Below, piece by piece: positions 38,631 through 52,334 of a stretch of 64,000 bases of DNA. Position 1 is the stretch's first letter. Every line of letters begins with the position of its first letter. Made by a program: the position numbers and the translations under genes. The DNA is from Dictyostelium discoideum (Eukaryota). The stretch lies in NCBI GenBank assembly GCA_000004695.1, contig CM000154.2:4256001-4320000 (forward strand), written 5' to 3'. The notes beneath the pieces are model-generated. The model was not told the DNA's origin, did not search any database, and saw nothing but the letters and a program-made list of their open reading frames with translations.

Positions 38631-39575
38631 TAAAAAAAATGTTTTAAGGGTAATTTCTAAATCACTAATGGTTGTTTCATATGGTCTTTTATTAAAATTA
38701 ACATTGGTGCACTTTTGTTGGAATTTTTTTTTTTTTCACCTTTTGACTATATATTTTTAATATCTAATTGATACTATTTTTAAAAAAAAAATTAGCAAAA
38801 AATAAAAAAAAGTTAATTAATTAAATCAAAGAAAAAGTCAAAATTTGTATTTTTTTTTCTTAATTTTTATTCAAAAAATTTATTTTTCACTTAATTTTTT
38901 TTTATTTTTTTATTTTTTTTTTTTTTAATACAAATAAAAAAATAATAAAAATGGACGATGCATTATATTTGATTTTTTTAATTTTTAATACCAACATATT
39001 TAAAACTGGATTATATATATATATCGTTAAATCTTCAAGTGGAATTCGTAAAAAAATTAATATCTTAAGTCTTTAAGCGGGATTCACAAAAAAAAAAAAA
39101 AAGTGAATCCCACACCAAAAAATTGTTGTTTGACCCAATTGTATGAGTTATTTGATGTTTTAAAACACAAAGAAATGAAACAATTAAAATCAATTCAAGA
39201 AGAAAATGAAAAATCAATCCTTGCTCAAGGTGGAAATATCAATTTAATGGAAAAATTTTAAAATCAAATATAAATCAAAATAGATTCTCATAATTTATAA
39301 CTAAAACTTAAACAATTCAACAATTAATTAATGATTCTTAACAAGATATAGGTTTATTAAGTGATGGTATTAATTTAGTTGATAAAAAAAAATGCTGGAG
39401 CTAAAGAATGGTTTAAATCAATTGATTTTTAATTAATAATTAAAACAATAAAAATAAAAATAAAAATAAAAAATAAAAATAAAAATTTTATTTAAATTAT
39501 TTATTTATTTATTTAATTTAATTTAATTTAATTTATTTGAATATAATTTTTGATGTGTAATTAATTATTACAAAA

Positions 39576-40810
39576 TTACATATCAAAACCAAAGCTTAAA
39601 CCAAAAATTGTAGTTTGGCCAATTGTATGAGTGAATAAACATTGAAGTGCACCACTTTGAGTTATTTGATGTTTTAAACCAATTTCTAATTGCCATTTTG
39701 TACCATACAATTTACTAATTCTTCTAATACCAAATTCAGTTGCAGAAGTTACATGAACGATCTTATAATGAATAGTTTCAAAGAATCTTGATCCTCTGGT
39801 AATTCTATTTTTATAATCAAATAAAAATGGTAATCCTAATATTGGTGGTCTATTATCATCATTATTATTACTATTATTACTATTATTACTAATAGCTGAT
39901 GGTGATGACGATGATGATAATGATTCATTTAAATTATTATTTACACTCATACTTCTACTAAATGAATTTGATTCATTATCACTATTTAAAACTTTATTAC
40001 TAAAATAATGATCAGAGAAATAACGTGACATATCACCTAAACGTGAAGTGATTTCTAATGATGATAAGAATGTATTCTTACCGAATTGAAAGAACATATG
40101 GTGTTTTAAAACTATACGATTTGATTTCTTGTTGATTGGGATATCAAATTTTAACCAACCATATCTACCGAAATAAGTGAATTTTGGATTTATAAATGGT
40201 GATACTATCATACGACTAAATGAATGAACTCTAACACCAACTGCACCGCCAACTTGGAAAACACTTGCAAAATTACGTTTATAGATACTATATATGTTTG
40301 GTATAACAATACCAATATCACCCTCCCTTGATCCACGTGGTGTTTCATACCATGATATTGAGGTTTTAATAGGTGGTGGTGAATGTAATGATGATCTACT
40401 AATATTGTTGCTATTACCAACGCCACCGTAAAACCCATTAACTTGTTTTTCATATGTTACTTTTAATCTACTATCTAATGATCTAGCTGAAACTCTTAAT
40501 CCATCAAATAATGTATATTGTAAACATCCGAATATGCTACCTATATTATTTGTTGATGCTTGAAATAATTTAAATTTTGATGGTATATTTACTGGATCCA
40601 TTAAAGTATCCCTTGAAATATCAATTGGTAATCTTTTATTTAAATTATAATTATTATTATTATTGTGTTGTTTATTTGTAGTAGTATTATTATTACTATT
40701 ATTGTTATTACTACCACCACTATGTGTGGTTGATGTTATATTATTATTATTACTATTTTGATTATTTACATTTGATTTAATATTACTACTATTTAAATTA
40801 TTTATATTAC

Positions 40811-40844
<34 letters not shown>

Positions 40845-40919
40845 GTTATTTGTATTTGTATTACTATTATTTATATTATTTTCATTTGACTCGGTATGTG
40901 TAAAAAGTTTTTCGCTCAT
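39576..40919 (-). CDS. Asn-rich hypothetical protein, possibly a beta-barrel-like membrane protein (C-terminus ...TIFGLSFGFDM).
   Basis: 447-aa ORF with a CA-rich 5' leader. The N-terminal 100 aa is poly-N/S/T low complexity. The remainder has alternating hydrophobic patterns and a C-terminal aromatic motif reminiscent of mitochondrial outer-membrane barrels (Mdm10/Sam50-like); this assignment is speculative. Confidence 0.4.
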
Positions 40920-41132
40920 CTCGATCTATTTTCTGCTTTTCTTGTGTTTGTGTTGCGTTTGTGTTTGTTTGTGTTGTGTGTTTATGAACGTATTTATGTT
41001 TTATTATTATTTTTTTTTTTTTTTTGTAAATCAAAGTATACTTGTTGAATTAAAAAAAAAATTAATTTAAAAATTTCAAAAATAAAAAAAAAATAAAAAA
41101 AAATAAAAAAAAATAAAATTATATATTAGAAT

Positions 41133-41356
41133 GGCTTGACATAGGTTTTGACCATTAAGAAAAAAAAAATAAAAAAATAAAAAAAATAGATAAACACAAT
41201 ATATGTAGATTTATAAATCACACCCAAATTTATTATTTTTATTTTTTACCTTTTTTTTTATAAATATTCCCACACCCTTACTATTTTTTTTTTTTTTTTT
41301 TTTTTTATTTTTTTTTTTTTTATTTTTTTAATAGTCAAAACCTATGTCTAGCCATT
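41133..41356. repeat. MITE-like element: about 225 bp bounded by 20-bp terminal inverted repeats.
   Basis: Left arm GGCTTGACATAGGTTTTGAC (41139-41158); right arm GTCAAAACCTATGTCTAGCC (41334-41353), i.e. the reverse complement with one mismatch. AT-rich interior containing CCCACACCC. Confidence 0.4.
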
Positions 41357-42484
41357 ATTTTTTTTTTAGTTTAATTCAAATCTAGACTTTTAAATTTTAA
41401 TAGTTATAATAATTCTCAAAATATTAATATGTCTAAAATTAAACAAAATTGAATATGATAAAATAAATTTTTTTTTTTTTTTTTTTTAATGACTAAATTT
41501 TATTCTTAATATAAAGTTTTTGGAATTTAAGAATAAAATTATTAATATACCATGATTTGAGAATGGATTCTTATTTTAGGGAATCAAATTCTGAAAAAAA
41601 AAAAAAAGATTATTGGTTTAATAAAAAAGAATTTATTTTAAATTTGAAATGGAGAAAAAAAAAAGGTGAGATTGGCAGGAGATAGAACCTAGGTGAGGAC
41701 AGCAAAACGGAACAGGAACAAAAATATTGGATTTAATAAATGGTAGTAAATCCAATATTTTTTAGTGAAATTGGTATTGTTTGATATATAAATTTATTTT
41801 ATTTTACATATTTAGATTATTTTTCTTGAAATCTTGGTTAATGGTCAATTTGAGGTTCACCAATTTTCATTTTTACAAGAACTTCATCTTGACCTTTGAT
41901 AACATGACCTATATGATGAAAAAAATAAAAAAAAAATAAAAAAATTATAAAAAAATAAAAAAAAAGTAATAATTACAGTTTTTGATACTTAGTTTAATTT
42001 ACCTATTTTGATTATATAAAATTTTAAAAATATAATAATGGTTTTAAAAAATGATGTCAAAAAAAAAATATATATATAAATTTATTTCCATATTTAGTTT
42101 TTTGTTTAATTATTTTATTTTATTTTTTTTTAATTTTTAAATAAGGATTAATCAAAGTTTTGGTGTGAAAAAAAAAAAAAAAAAAAACTATATTAAATCT
42201 ATCTAATTCACACAAAAGTATATCGATTTATATATCTCAATTCATTAAATAAATTCTTATATTGAAAATTATAATTGATCTTTTATCAATTATTTTTAAA
42301 ACATGATTAATTAAAAATTACTTATCACACACACCATTTAAAAATTAAAAAAATAAAAAAAAAAAAATAAAAAATAAAAAAATAAAAAAACTATTATTAT
42401 AAAATTTTTTGATTCTGATTGTGCTATATTTAAACAAAATCAAATAATTTAGTATTTTTTTATAAGAAAAAAAAAAAAAAAAGA

Positions 42485-42515
<31 letters not shown>

Positions 42516-42762
42516 GACCAGATTATTTGAAAAACTCCTAGTATTGAAAAAAAAAAAAAAAATAAAAAAAAAAAAATAAAAAAAATGTATTTTTGGTATT
42601 TTATGTGTGGTTGATTGCAAGTGAAAGTATTTTTATCTTCATCTGTTTGATAACTAATCATATAATTATTTTTTTTTTTTGGAAAAAAAAAAATAAAATT
42701 ATAAAAAAAAAAAAATAAAAATATTTCCACCCACACACACGTTAACGATTTGAGAGAAAAAA

Positions 42763-42813
<51 letters not shown>

Positions 42814-43543
42814 TTTTGTTCTTTTTTTTTTTTTTTTATATTGTGACAAGTGTTTTAACTGTTTTTCAATATAAAAAAAAAAAAAAAATAAAAAAAAATA
42901 AAAAAAATAAAAAAATCAAAAATTTTCTCTTAACAACCAACCCAATCAAATTTTTGGTTTTTCCATAATAAAAAAAACATTTTTTTCATTTTTTTTTTTT
43001 TTTTCATTTTTTTTTATCATATAAATTTTTTTTTTTCTTTTTTTTTATTTCCATTTTTTTTATCGCCTCACTTTTTATTTTGGAATTATATTTTCTCTTT
43101 ATTTCTTTTCTATATATAGATAAATTTTTTTTAGAAAAACTAAAAAAAAAACCTCAAACAATTAATACAAGTATGTAAAAAAAGAATTTAAGAAACTTTA
43201 TAAGAAAAAAAAAAAAAAAAAAAAAACAAATAAAAATAAAAATTTTTTGAAAAAATAAAAATAAAAAAATAATCACGATGAAATAATTTTTTTTTTTCAA
43301 AATAAATAAATCTAAAAATTCAATTAATCAATCAAATAAATTAATCAAATAAATCAATCAATCAATCAATCGAATAAATAAATTTATTAATCAATCAACC
43401 AATCAATAAAATAATAAATAAATTGAATAATGAATCATCCTTCAAGAAATTGAATGAGAAAGAAAAAAAAAAAAAAAAAAAATATTAATACCTTTATTCC
43501 ATTTTTTTTAAAATTTTAATTTTTTTTTTTTTTTTCCTTTAGA

Positions 43544-45062
43544 ATGGTAAACATTGGTGGAACTCAAGAAAAATGTACTGCATGTGCTAAAACTGTATAC
43601 TTAACAGAAAAGATTGTAGTTGAAGATAAAGAAGATAAGAAAACTTTCCACAAATTATGTTTAAAATGTACTCACTGTAAGCTTACATTAAGTCTTGGTA
43701 ACTATGCATCATTAAATGGTGTATTCTATTGTAAACCACATTTCAAACAATTATTCGCCACCAAAGGTAACTACGATGAAGGTTTCGGTAAATCAAAACA
43801 TTCTGAAAAATGGACACCACAAGCCACCCCAACTGGTACTTGTAAGTTTAAAATTTTAAATATAATTAAATATATATAAAAAAAAAAAAAAATTAATAAT
43901 AATAATCTAACTTTTTTATTTTATTTTTTTATTTTTAAAAGCTTCATTCATTCCAGTTGAAGAATCAAAATCATCAGAAAAGAAAGAAACACCAACAACA
44001 ATTTCATCAAAATTCTCAGGATCAACTGAAAAATGTAATCTCTGTAATAAGACAGTATATTTAACAGAAAAGATTGTTGTTGAAGATAAAGAAGATAAGA
44101 AAGTATTACATAAACAATGTTTGAAATGTACACATTGTAGTGTTGTATTAAATCTTGGTACCTATGCATCAATGAAAGGTGTATTCTATTGTAAACCACA
44201 TTTCAAACAATTATTCGCCACCAAAGGTAACTATGATGAAAGTTTTGGTAACAACAAAGCCACCGATAAATGGGCACCACAAACCAACACTGCACCAGCT
44301 TCATTCGTTCCATTAGAAAAGACTGCAACCACTGAAAAGAATACCAACCAATCATCAAACCCAGATATTGCCAAGAAATTCTCAACTGGTAGTTCAGAGA
44401 AATGTCACGATTGTCAAAAATCAGTTTACCTCACAGAGAAAGTCGTACTTGAGGAATTGGAAAACAAGAGAATCTTCCACAAGGCTTGTTTGAAATGTAG
44501 TAAATGTTCAGTCATTCTCACCTTGGGTACTTTGGTTCAATTGGATGGTGTTATCTATTGTAAACCACACTTTAAAGAACTCTATGCCACTCAAGGTAAT
44601 TTAGATGGTGGTTTCGGTAAACCAAAACACTCTGAAAAATGGGAAAATAACCCATTCCCATATTTAGAAAAGGATAGCAGTTATGTACCATCCGTTGAAA
44701 AGGTTGAATCTCAAATGAATAATGCTTCATCTGAATCTGATGTTGATAGATTTAAAAATATTAACAATGATGATTCTGATAAACCAAGAAGACAACAACA
44801 ACCAGTTTCTCAACCAGAAGAAGAACAACAACAACAAGAAGAAGAAAAAGTTGAAGAACCAATCTCTGAAGAAGAAGAAAAAGTTGAAGAAAAAGTTGAA
44901 GAACCAGTCGCTGAACAAGAAGAAGAAAAGGTTGAGGAACCAGTTGTTGCTGAAGAAGAAAAAGTTGAAGAACCAGTTACTGAAGAAGAAAAAGTTGAAG
45001 AACCAGTCGTTGCCTCTGAAGAACCAGTTGAAGAAGAAACAAAAGCTGAAGAAGAAAACTAA
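43544..45062 (+). CDS. LIM-domain protein of the cysteine-rich-protein (CRP) type with three LIM domains and a C-terminal acidic tandem-repeat tail.
   Basis: Exons 43544-43841 and 43942-45062 (GTAAGT donor at 43842, acceptor at 43940-41, phase 1). Three units of CxxC-x17-HxxC-x2-CxxC...[19 protein letters not shown]. The tail carries about 8 copies of EEKVEEPV encoded by a 24-nt periodicity (44845-45040). Confidence 0.65.
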
Positions 45063-45493
45063 ACTTAAATTTCTCAACGCAAATAATTTTCAACATAAAA
45101 AAAAAAAACAAAGAAATATATAAAAAAAAAAAAAAAAAATAAGAAAATTGTATAAATTATCACAATACCAAAAAAAAAAAAAAAAAAAAGAAAAATGTAA
45201 TTGTAACAACAAATAAAATTATTTATATAAAAAAAAAAAAAAAATAATAATTTATATATTTATAAAAAAAAAAAAAAAAAAAAATTTATTGTTTAATTCT
45301 TTTTTTTTTAATAATTTGTGATTAAAAATACAGGTTTGATTAAATGTTTATTTGTATAAAAAAAAGATAAAAAAAAAATATTATCTAATCAGTTTTTTTT
45401 TTTTTTTTTTTTTTCCTATAAATTTATTATTTAATTATTTTATCGATATTAAAGTATAAAAATATAAAGTAATGAATTATAAATAAATATTAT

Positions 45494-46722
45494 TTATAAT
45501 TCAAGACTTGTATCACCTGGACAATTTGTATCAATAGTTTCAATGATATTAGCATATGATTGCCAGAGTGATTTATTAATGAAACAAGCTGAACCACCAC
45601 CTCTTTTAAATTGAGTAAACATTCTATTTACATCACCAATGCAAATATAATAATCAGCTTCATGAATTGAAAGAGCATATTTACTATGATCTTTTGTATA
45701 TTTCCAATTAACTGTACCCTCGGTTGGATCATCAAATGAAAATGTTAATGTATTAATACTATCATATGTAAAATTACCACCTGAACAATATGTTGGCATC
45801 TAATAATAATAAATAAATAAATAAATAAATATAATTATGTTAATTTTATTATTATTATTATTTTTAATTTAATGTTTTTTTTTTAAAATTTTATACATAC
45901 AACTGAAGCTTTTGAACCTAAACGCCATGAAGTTACAACCATATTTTGTTTAAGAGTTGATTGAATTAAATCTTCATAAAGATCTTTATCCCATGCAGCA
46001 TTTTTAGCGAAAACTTGGAAAGAATTACCACCGATTGAAGTGAGGATGGTTGAATCAGTACGTGGTGAATCATCAAATTCACCTTTAATAGTTTGTTGAA
46101 TTAAAGATAATTGTGGAAGATTAATTTTTGATGGTAAATTATAAGCATAGATGAATGGTCTATTTATAAAGATTTTATTGGCAATATCAGCAAAACTACT
46201 TGAAGCTTTATAAGTTACACATAAAAATGATTGACCATTGTTTACTTCATTCTTTGGGAAATAATAATCTTCATGATTTGGATCATGTGGGAAACGAGGT
46301 ACTGAATGAATTAACCAAAATCCTTGAGTGCTATCAAATGCAACGACACCTTTACTATGAGCATACTCTGAATCGGCTTCGTCGGTTGGTGGTTGATCAT
46401 TATACATAAACCATGCTAAATCATTGCTTTCCTTATTTGAATAAATTAAATTCAATGTATGTGATAATGAATTTGTATCATTTAATGTGTTTGTTGGGAT
46501 TTTCCATGTAGGATTCTTTGAATCTGCATATAAATAACCTAAACCTAATTTATATTTTGTATCTGCTGGCATCGATGATACAACTGGTTGCTTTTGAATT
46601 ACCCACCAATCAACACTTTCACCTTGATCATTTAAACATTCAATAGTTGTTGATTTTAATCCATCAATTGAATTTATTAATATAATTACAATTATTAATA
46701 ATAATAAAATTAATTTATTCAT
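45494..46722 (-). CDS. Deoxyribonuclease II (acid DNase) family protein, secreted or lysosomal.
   Basis: Exons 46722-45901 and 45799-45494 (minus-sense donor GTATGT, acceptor at 45801-00). Signal peptide MNKLILLLLIIVIILINSIDG. Both DNase II HxK motifs are present: FWLIHSVPRFP...HSK and DHSKYALS. Confidence 0.6.
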
Positions 46723-46818
46723 CTCTTTTTTTTTCTTTTTTTTTTTCTACCTGGAAATATGATTTAAAAAAAAAAAAAAAAAAAAAAATTCTAAAAATAA
46801 ATTTTATGTAATAAAAAA

Positions 46819-46850
<32 letters not shown>

Positions 46851-47635
46851 TAAAAGGGAGATAAAAAAAAAAAAAAAAAGAAATATAAAAATTAATATGT
46901 GTTTAGAAAATGTATAAAAAAAAAAAAAAAAAAAAAAAACCACTTTTTTTTTGATCACACTAAAATATTTTGTGATGGTTTCATACTTTTTTTTTATTTT
47001 TTTATTTTATTACACAGGCAACGTTTGTTGGCTTGGACAAAAAAAAAAAATCAGCAAAACTACTAACAACCGGTTATGCCGAAGAAATTTTAAAAAAATA
47101 AAATTTTATTTTTTTTTGTTTGAAAATTAATTAATGATTTTTTTTTTTTGGCCAAACATCAGCCCTTGTCCAAAAATGAAACCTCTTTTGAAAAATTTGA
47201 TGTGTACAAAAAAAAAAAAAAGATTATTATATTATTACTATTTACAATAAAATTATTTTGAATAAAAAGAAAAAAAAAAAATCTTTGATTTTTGTGAAAG
47301 TTTGAACTAGAATAAAATAAAAAAAATAAAAAAATAAAGATAATTAATTTATAATAAAAAAAAAAATTTAAAATTTTAAAAAAAAAAAAAACAAAATAAA
47401 AAAAATTATAAAAAACAGATATTAATTTTAAGTTCTATTATATTTTTTAAAAATAAAAAATAAAATAAAATAAATAAAAAATTAGTAATAGTTTTATAAA
47501 GTGAGAATGTCATTTTCAGATTTTTTTTTTTTTTTTATTTTTCTGAATTTTTTTTTTATTTTTTTTTTTACCTTTTATTTTTTTTTTTTTTTTTTAGTTA
47601 ATGATTTTTTTTGATCAAAATAAAAAAAAAAAAAA

Positions 47636-48797
47636 ATGAAATTTATTAAAATATTATTATTTGTCTTAGTAGTATCTTATTTTAATTATAACAATGATAA
47701 AGTTTTATCATTCATTTTAAATTCTTCATCATCTTCACCACCACAAGATTTTATATTATCAATTTCAACATTTGGACCTGTGGGCGAAGAAAATTTAAAA
47801 CAAATTTTATTAATTAACCCATGGACAAATTCTACAAATAAATTAATTTCAAATTCAACAATTAATATTCAATATGATATTCTTGATATTTTATTTGTTG
47901 ATTTTACTCAAAATACTGTAATTAATTAATTAATTAATTAATTTATTCAAATTTAATAATAATAATAATAATTTTTTTTTTTTTTATTTATTTATTTAAA
48001 AAAAGGTAGTTTTATTATGTGAAAATGAAATAAATGAATATTTATTAATATCATTAGAAAATATTAATAGTGAAACACCAACTATATCATCAATAAGTTC
48101 AATAAAGAGTAATATAGATGAAAATGAATTTTCATATACATTACAAAAATACATATTTAATTATAAAATTGGTTATTTACCAATTGAATTAAAATCAAAT
48201 CAAACTTTTTATATAATGGAATTAAATTTTCCAAATGGTGAAGTTAATTTCATTGATTTGGAAACACCAAATATTGATATTGAAATCAATCAACAACAAT
48301 TAATTCAAGGATTTGATTATACAAATAAAATAATGTACATTTCTTATAAAACTAATAATAATGAATTTAATTTAATATCATATAATCCAATTAATGCAAC
48401 GAATACACAAAGAGTTTATCAAACAATTACAAATATTGAAACAGAGGTTAATATGATATTTACAGATAGTTTAAATCGTGGTGATATTTATATGATAACG
48501 CCAGATTCTGTTAGTTTAAATTTAACAATTTGTAAATTAAATTTTAAAACATCAACTTGTGATCAAATTCTTATCACATCATTAAACATTGAAATTGTTA
48601 ATAGTGAATATCACTTTTTACCATACTTTTTAAACCAAGATAAATCATCATTGATTTTATTATCAATTGTTGATAATGGTAATCTAAATATTGAAATCTT
48701 TGATATTAATAATAATTTTACAAGTATTAATATTATTATTCAATCAGGTCAATGGTCAAATTCTAAAGATTTAATTTGGTCTAAATTTGCATTTTAA
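47636..48797 (+). CDS. Hypothetical secreted protein.
   Basis: Exons 47636-47917 and 48006-48797 (donor GTAATT at 47918, acceptor at 48004-05). Signal peptide MKFIKILLFVLVVSYFNYN. No family recognised. Confidence 0.4.
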
Positions 48798-49580
48798 AAC
48801 AATAAATAAAATAAAATAAAATAAAAAATAAAAAAATATTGTGAAAAAAAAAAAAAAAAAAAAACAAAAAACAATTACTACCACACTACACTACAAAAAA
48901 AATAAAATAAAATAAAATAAAAAAAAAAACAATTACTAATAGATTTAATTAATAATAAATAAATAAGGTTATTGAAATGTCTCGACTACAAAACAACAAC
49001 AACATAGGAACTGAAAGATTTTCAAAAAGTTAAATTGTTTCCAATTATAATATTTTTAAAATATTGGCTATTAATTAATATTAATATATTATTATTATTA
49101 TTATTTTTTTTTTTTTGTTGTTCCTCAAGATTGGTTTTTATTATTTTTTATTATTTTTTTTTTTGTTGGCCCAGGATAGGGGAACTGCGAAAATAAATAA
49201 AAAAAAAAAAAAAAAAAACGTTTTTAAACATTTTTTTTTATTTTTTTTATTTTTTTTTTATTTTTTTCATATGTGTTTTTAAAAGAAAAATAATTTTAAC
49301 CAAAAAAAAAAATAAAAAAAATAAAATAAAATAAAAATAAAAATAAAATAATAAGTGAATTTAAACACTAATAATTAATAATAATTATAATAATAACAAT
49401 ACATATATGTATTTTTTTTTTTAAATTAAAAAATTAAAACAAAAAAAAAAAAAAAAAAAAAAAAAAAGAAGTTCTTCAATTTTTAATATATATCCTTAAA
49501 AAAACAAACAAATAAATAAAATAAATAAATAGAATAAAATAAAATTGAAAATATAAAAAAAACAATCTTTGTTTATTAGT

Positions 49581-50229
49581 ATGAATAAAAATGAAATATT
49601 ATTTTGGAAAATATGGAGAAATAAAGTAATTAGAGGGTATTTATTAAAATTTTGTTTTGATTGTAAATATAATAAATTTAAATATAATCAAGTTATATCA
49701 GTTGAATGGTTAATTGATAATGGTTATATAAATATTTTAAAAGAAAAAGTTAAAAGGAATGAATATTTAGTATTTGGAAATACATATATACAAAGTAATA
49801 ATAATGGTATTGGTGGATATTATGATTATAATTCTTCATCTTCCTCCTCCTCCTCATCCTCCTCATCAACAACACCAACTACAACAACATTAACAAATGA
49901 TGAAGAAGCATTTATAAAAAAAGTAAAAAGAAAACTTTATCTCTCAATTAGTGATGATATTCATTTTTATACATCACTTTTTAAAAATTATCCAATCTAT
50001 TATAGTGTTGCATTATTATCATCAACGACTACAGAAAGTAATAAAAAATTAAAGAAACAATTAATCAATACAATGATTGAAACTCGTTGTTTAGCAGGTT
50101 TAATAGTATTATTAAAAGAATATAAATTTCAAATAACTGAAAAACAATTAATAAAATCGATTCAATCCCAATCATTTTTAATTTCAAAATTTATTTTTAA
50201 AAATTATTTTGAAATTATTACTATAAATG

Positions 50230-50307
<78 letters not shown>

Positions 50308-51230
50308 TTAATAATAATAATAATTTAGAAAATTCAAATAAAATTTTAATTTTAAAACCAAATAAAATATGGAAAAAAGTAATTAGTAAAGATTATGATA
50401 ATAGTATTAATGGTGGTATTGATTGTATTAATTCAAAAGAATTTACAAGAAAAGTATTATTTTTAATAAAAACTATGAAATTAAAAATACCAAATGAATT
50501 TCAATCTATTCAAACTGGTTATAGTATAAATGAATCAATATGGGATTATAAATTATTAGATTTAATTAATTCATGTGAATTAATTAATTATTTAGAGAAA
50601 CCATTAAAATCATTTATAAAAAATATTTCACAATATAATGAACGTTCAATTAAATATATTCAAACAAATTTTTCAAAACAAATGATTCAATCATTCTTAA
50701 AAGAACCAATTAAATTAATTTCAAATGAAAAAATTAATCAAATTAAATCATTATTTAATGAAAATCAATTAAATTTAAATTTAAATGATTTATTAAATAA
50801 TATTAATAATACCAATAATAATAATACCAACAATAATATCAATTTATTTGAAGAAATTAAACAATTATTTCAAATGATATTACCATTTATGTGTATTAAT
50901 TTTGTTTATTTTGAAAATTATATTTATTATTGTATAAAGTTTACAAATAAATTAACAGAATTTAATCAATTTAGAAATTTACATGAATCACAATTAATTA
51001 TTAAACATCAAATCAATGAAAAACAAAAAATTAATAAATACTTATACTCACTAAAAGATTCATTCTTACAATGTACTGACCAATCAAGGAAATTAGAAAT
51101 TAATAATATTATATTAAAATTATTCTTTCAATTTATTGAATTAAATGAATTGGATTCTTTAAAATTCTTATTTCCATTATTAATAAATTCAAATAATTAT
51201 TTTTCAAATACTAATAATAATAATATTAAT

Positions 51231-51265
<35 letters not shown>

Positions 51266-52334
51266 ATTACCAAAATTATTAGATAAAGTAATATCAAAAG
51301 AAGTTTTTCAATTTTTATATTCCCAAATGAAAGGTATTATAAAGAATGAATTAAATTTAAGATCATTATTAGAGAAGAATTCAATTATTATTAAATATTT
51401 TAAAGAACTTTATCCAATTGATTATAAAATTAAATTTCAAAAAGAATATATTGATTTCCAATTAGATGCATTCACATTATTATCAAATTCATCATTATAT
51501 AAAAGTTCAAAATCAAAATTTAAAAATAATAATTATAATTTTAATGTTTATGGTAATAATAATAATATAAATAATAATAATAAAAATAATAATAATAATA
51601 ATATTGAAGAAACTATTGAATTTATTTTTGATAATATTTTAGAATTTAAAGAAAGGTATCCAAAATTAGTTAATGAATTAATACCAATTTGGTTTGATAA
51701 TCCAAATGAAAAGTTATCATATAAACAATTTAAAATTTTATTTAAAATTTCAAGAGATTTAGATAGTCATCATTTTCAAGCTCATCATCCACTATATATT
51801 GAAAATACAGTTAATGAGAGAGTTATCTTATATAAATATTATACAAGTACAAGTTTACAATCTTTGGAATTTAAATTATTTGGTAATAATTATGACTATG
51901 ATGATGATGACGTTGGTAGTAGTTGTTGTGGTGGTACTGTTGATGATGATGATGATAATAAAAATAATTTAGATTTGTTTTATTTAGATTCAAGATTATT
52001 ATTATCAGTAATTGCAAGACATGCAGATTTAGAAACTATATCAATGATTTTATCAAAATTTTATCCAAAGGAAATTTTAACAATAGAGAATGATAGTAAT
52101 AGTGGTGGTGGTATAAATAGGTTGAAAACTCATGATTTTGATGTTCTTTTCTTATATGCATCATTATTTGGTCAATTACAAGTTTTTAAGTTTATTCAAA
52201 AGAATTATCCATTTTTATTTTTAAATGATACTTCAAATACTTTTAATTATTGTTTACATTTAGCAAAAAAGAATCAACATTTAGAAATCATTGATTTCAT
52301 TACTAGATTAAATAAAAATCAATTATTCAATTAA
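49581..52334 (+). CDS. Hypothetical Asn-rich protein of about 917 aa, unknown function.
   Basis: Long single ORF; the ATG at 49581 is preferred over the TTG at 49569. Several (AAT)n tracts, e.g. 50229-50320. Short acidic/Cys patch near the C-terminus. No recognisable domain. Confidence 0.45.

Noticed and set aside
42590-42680. Short minus-strand segment reading MISYQTDEDKNTFTCNQPHIKYQ, considered as a possible upstream exon of a hidden gene.
   Set aside because: No splice donor (GT) follows it on the coding strand, and the surrounding sequence is homopolymeric.
47020-47175. Putative inverted repeat TTGGCTTGGACAAAAA / CCCTTGTCCAAAAA.
   Set aside because: Only an 8-bp palindromic core matches, which is too weak to call a transposon terminal inverted repeat.
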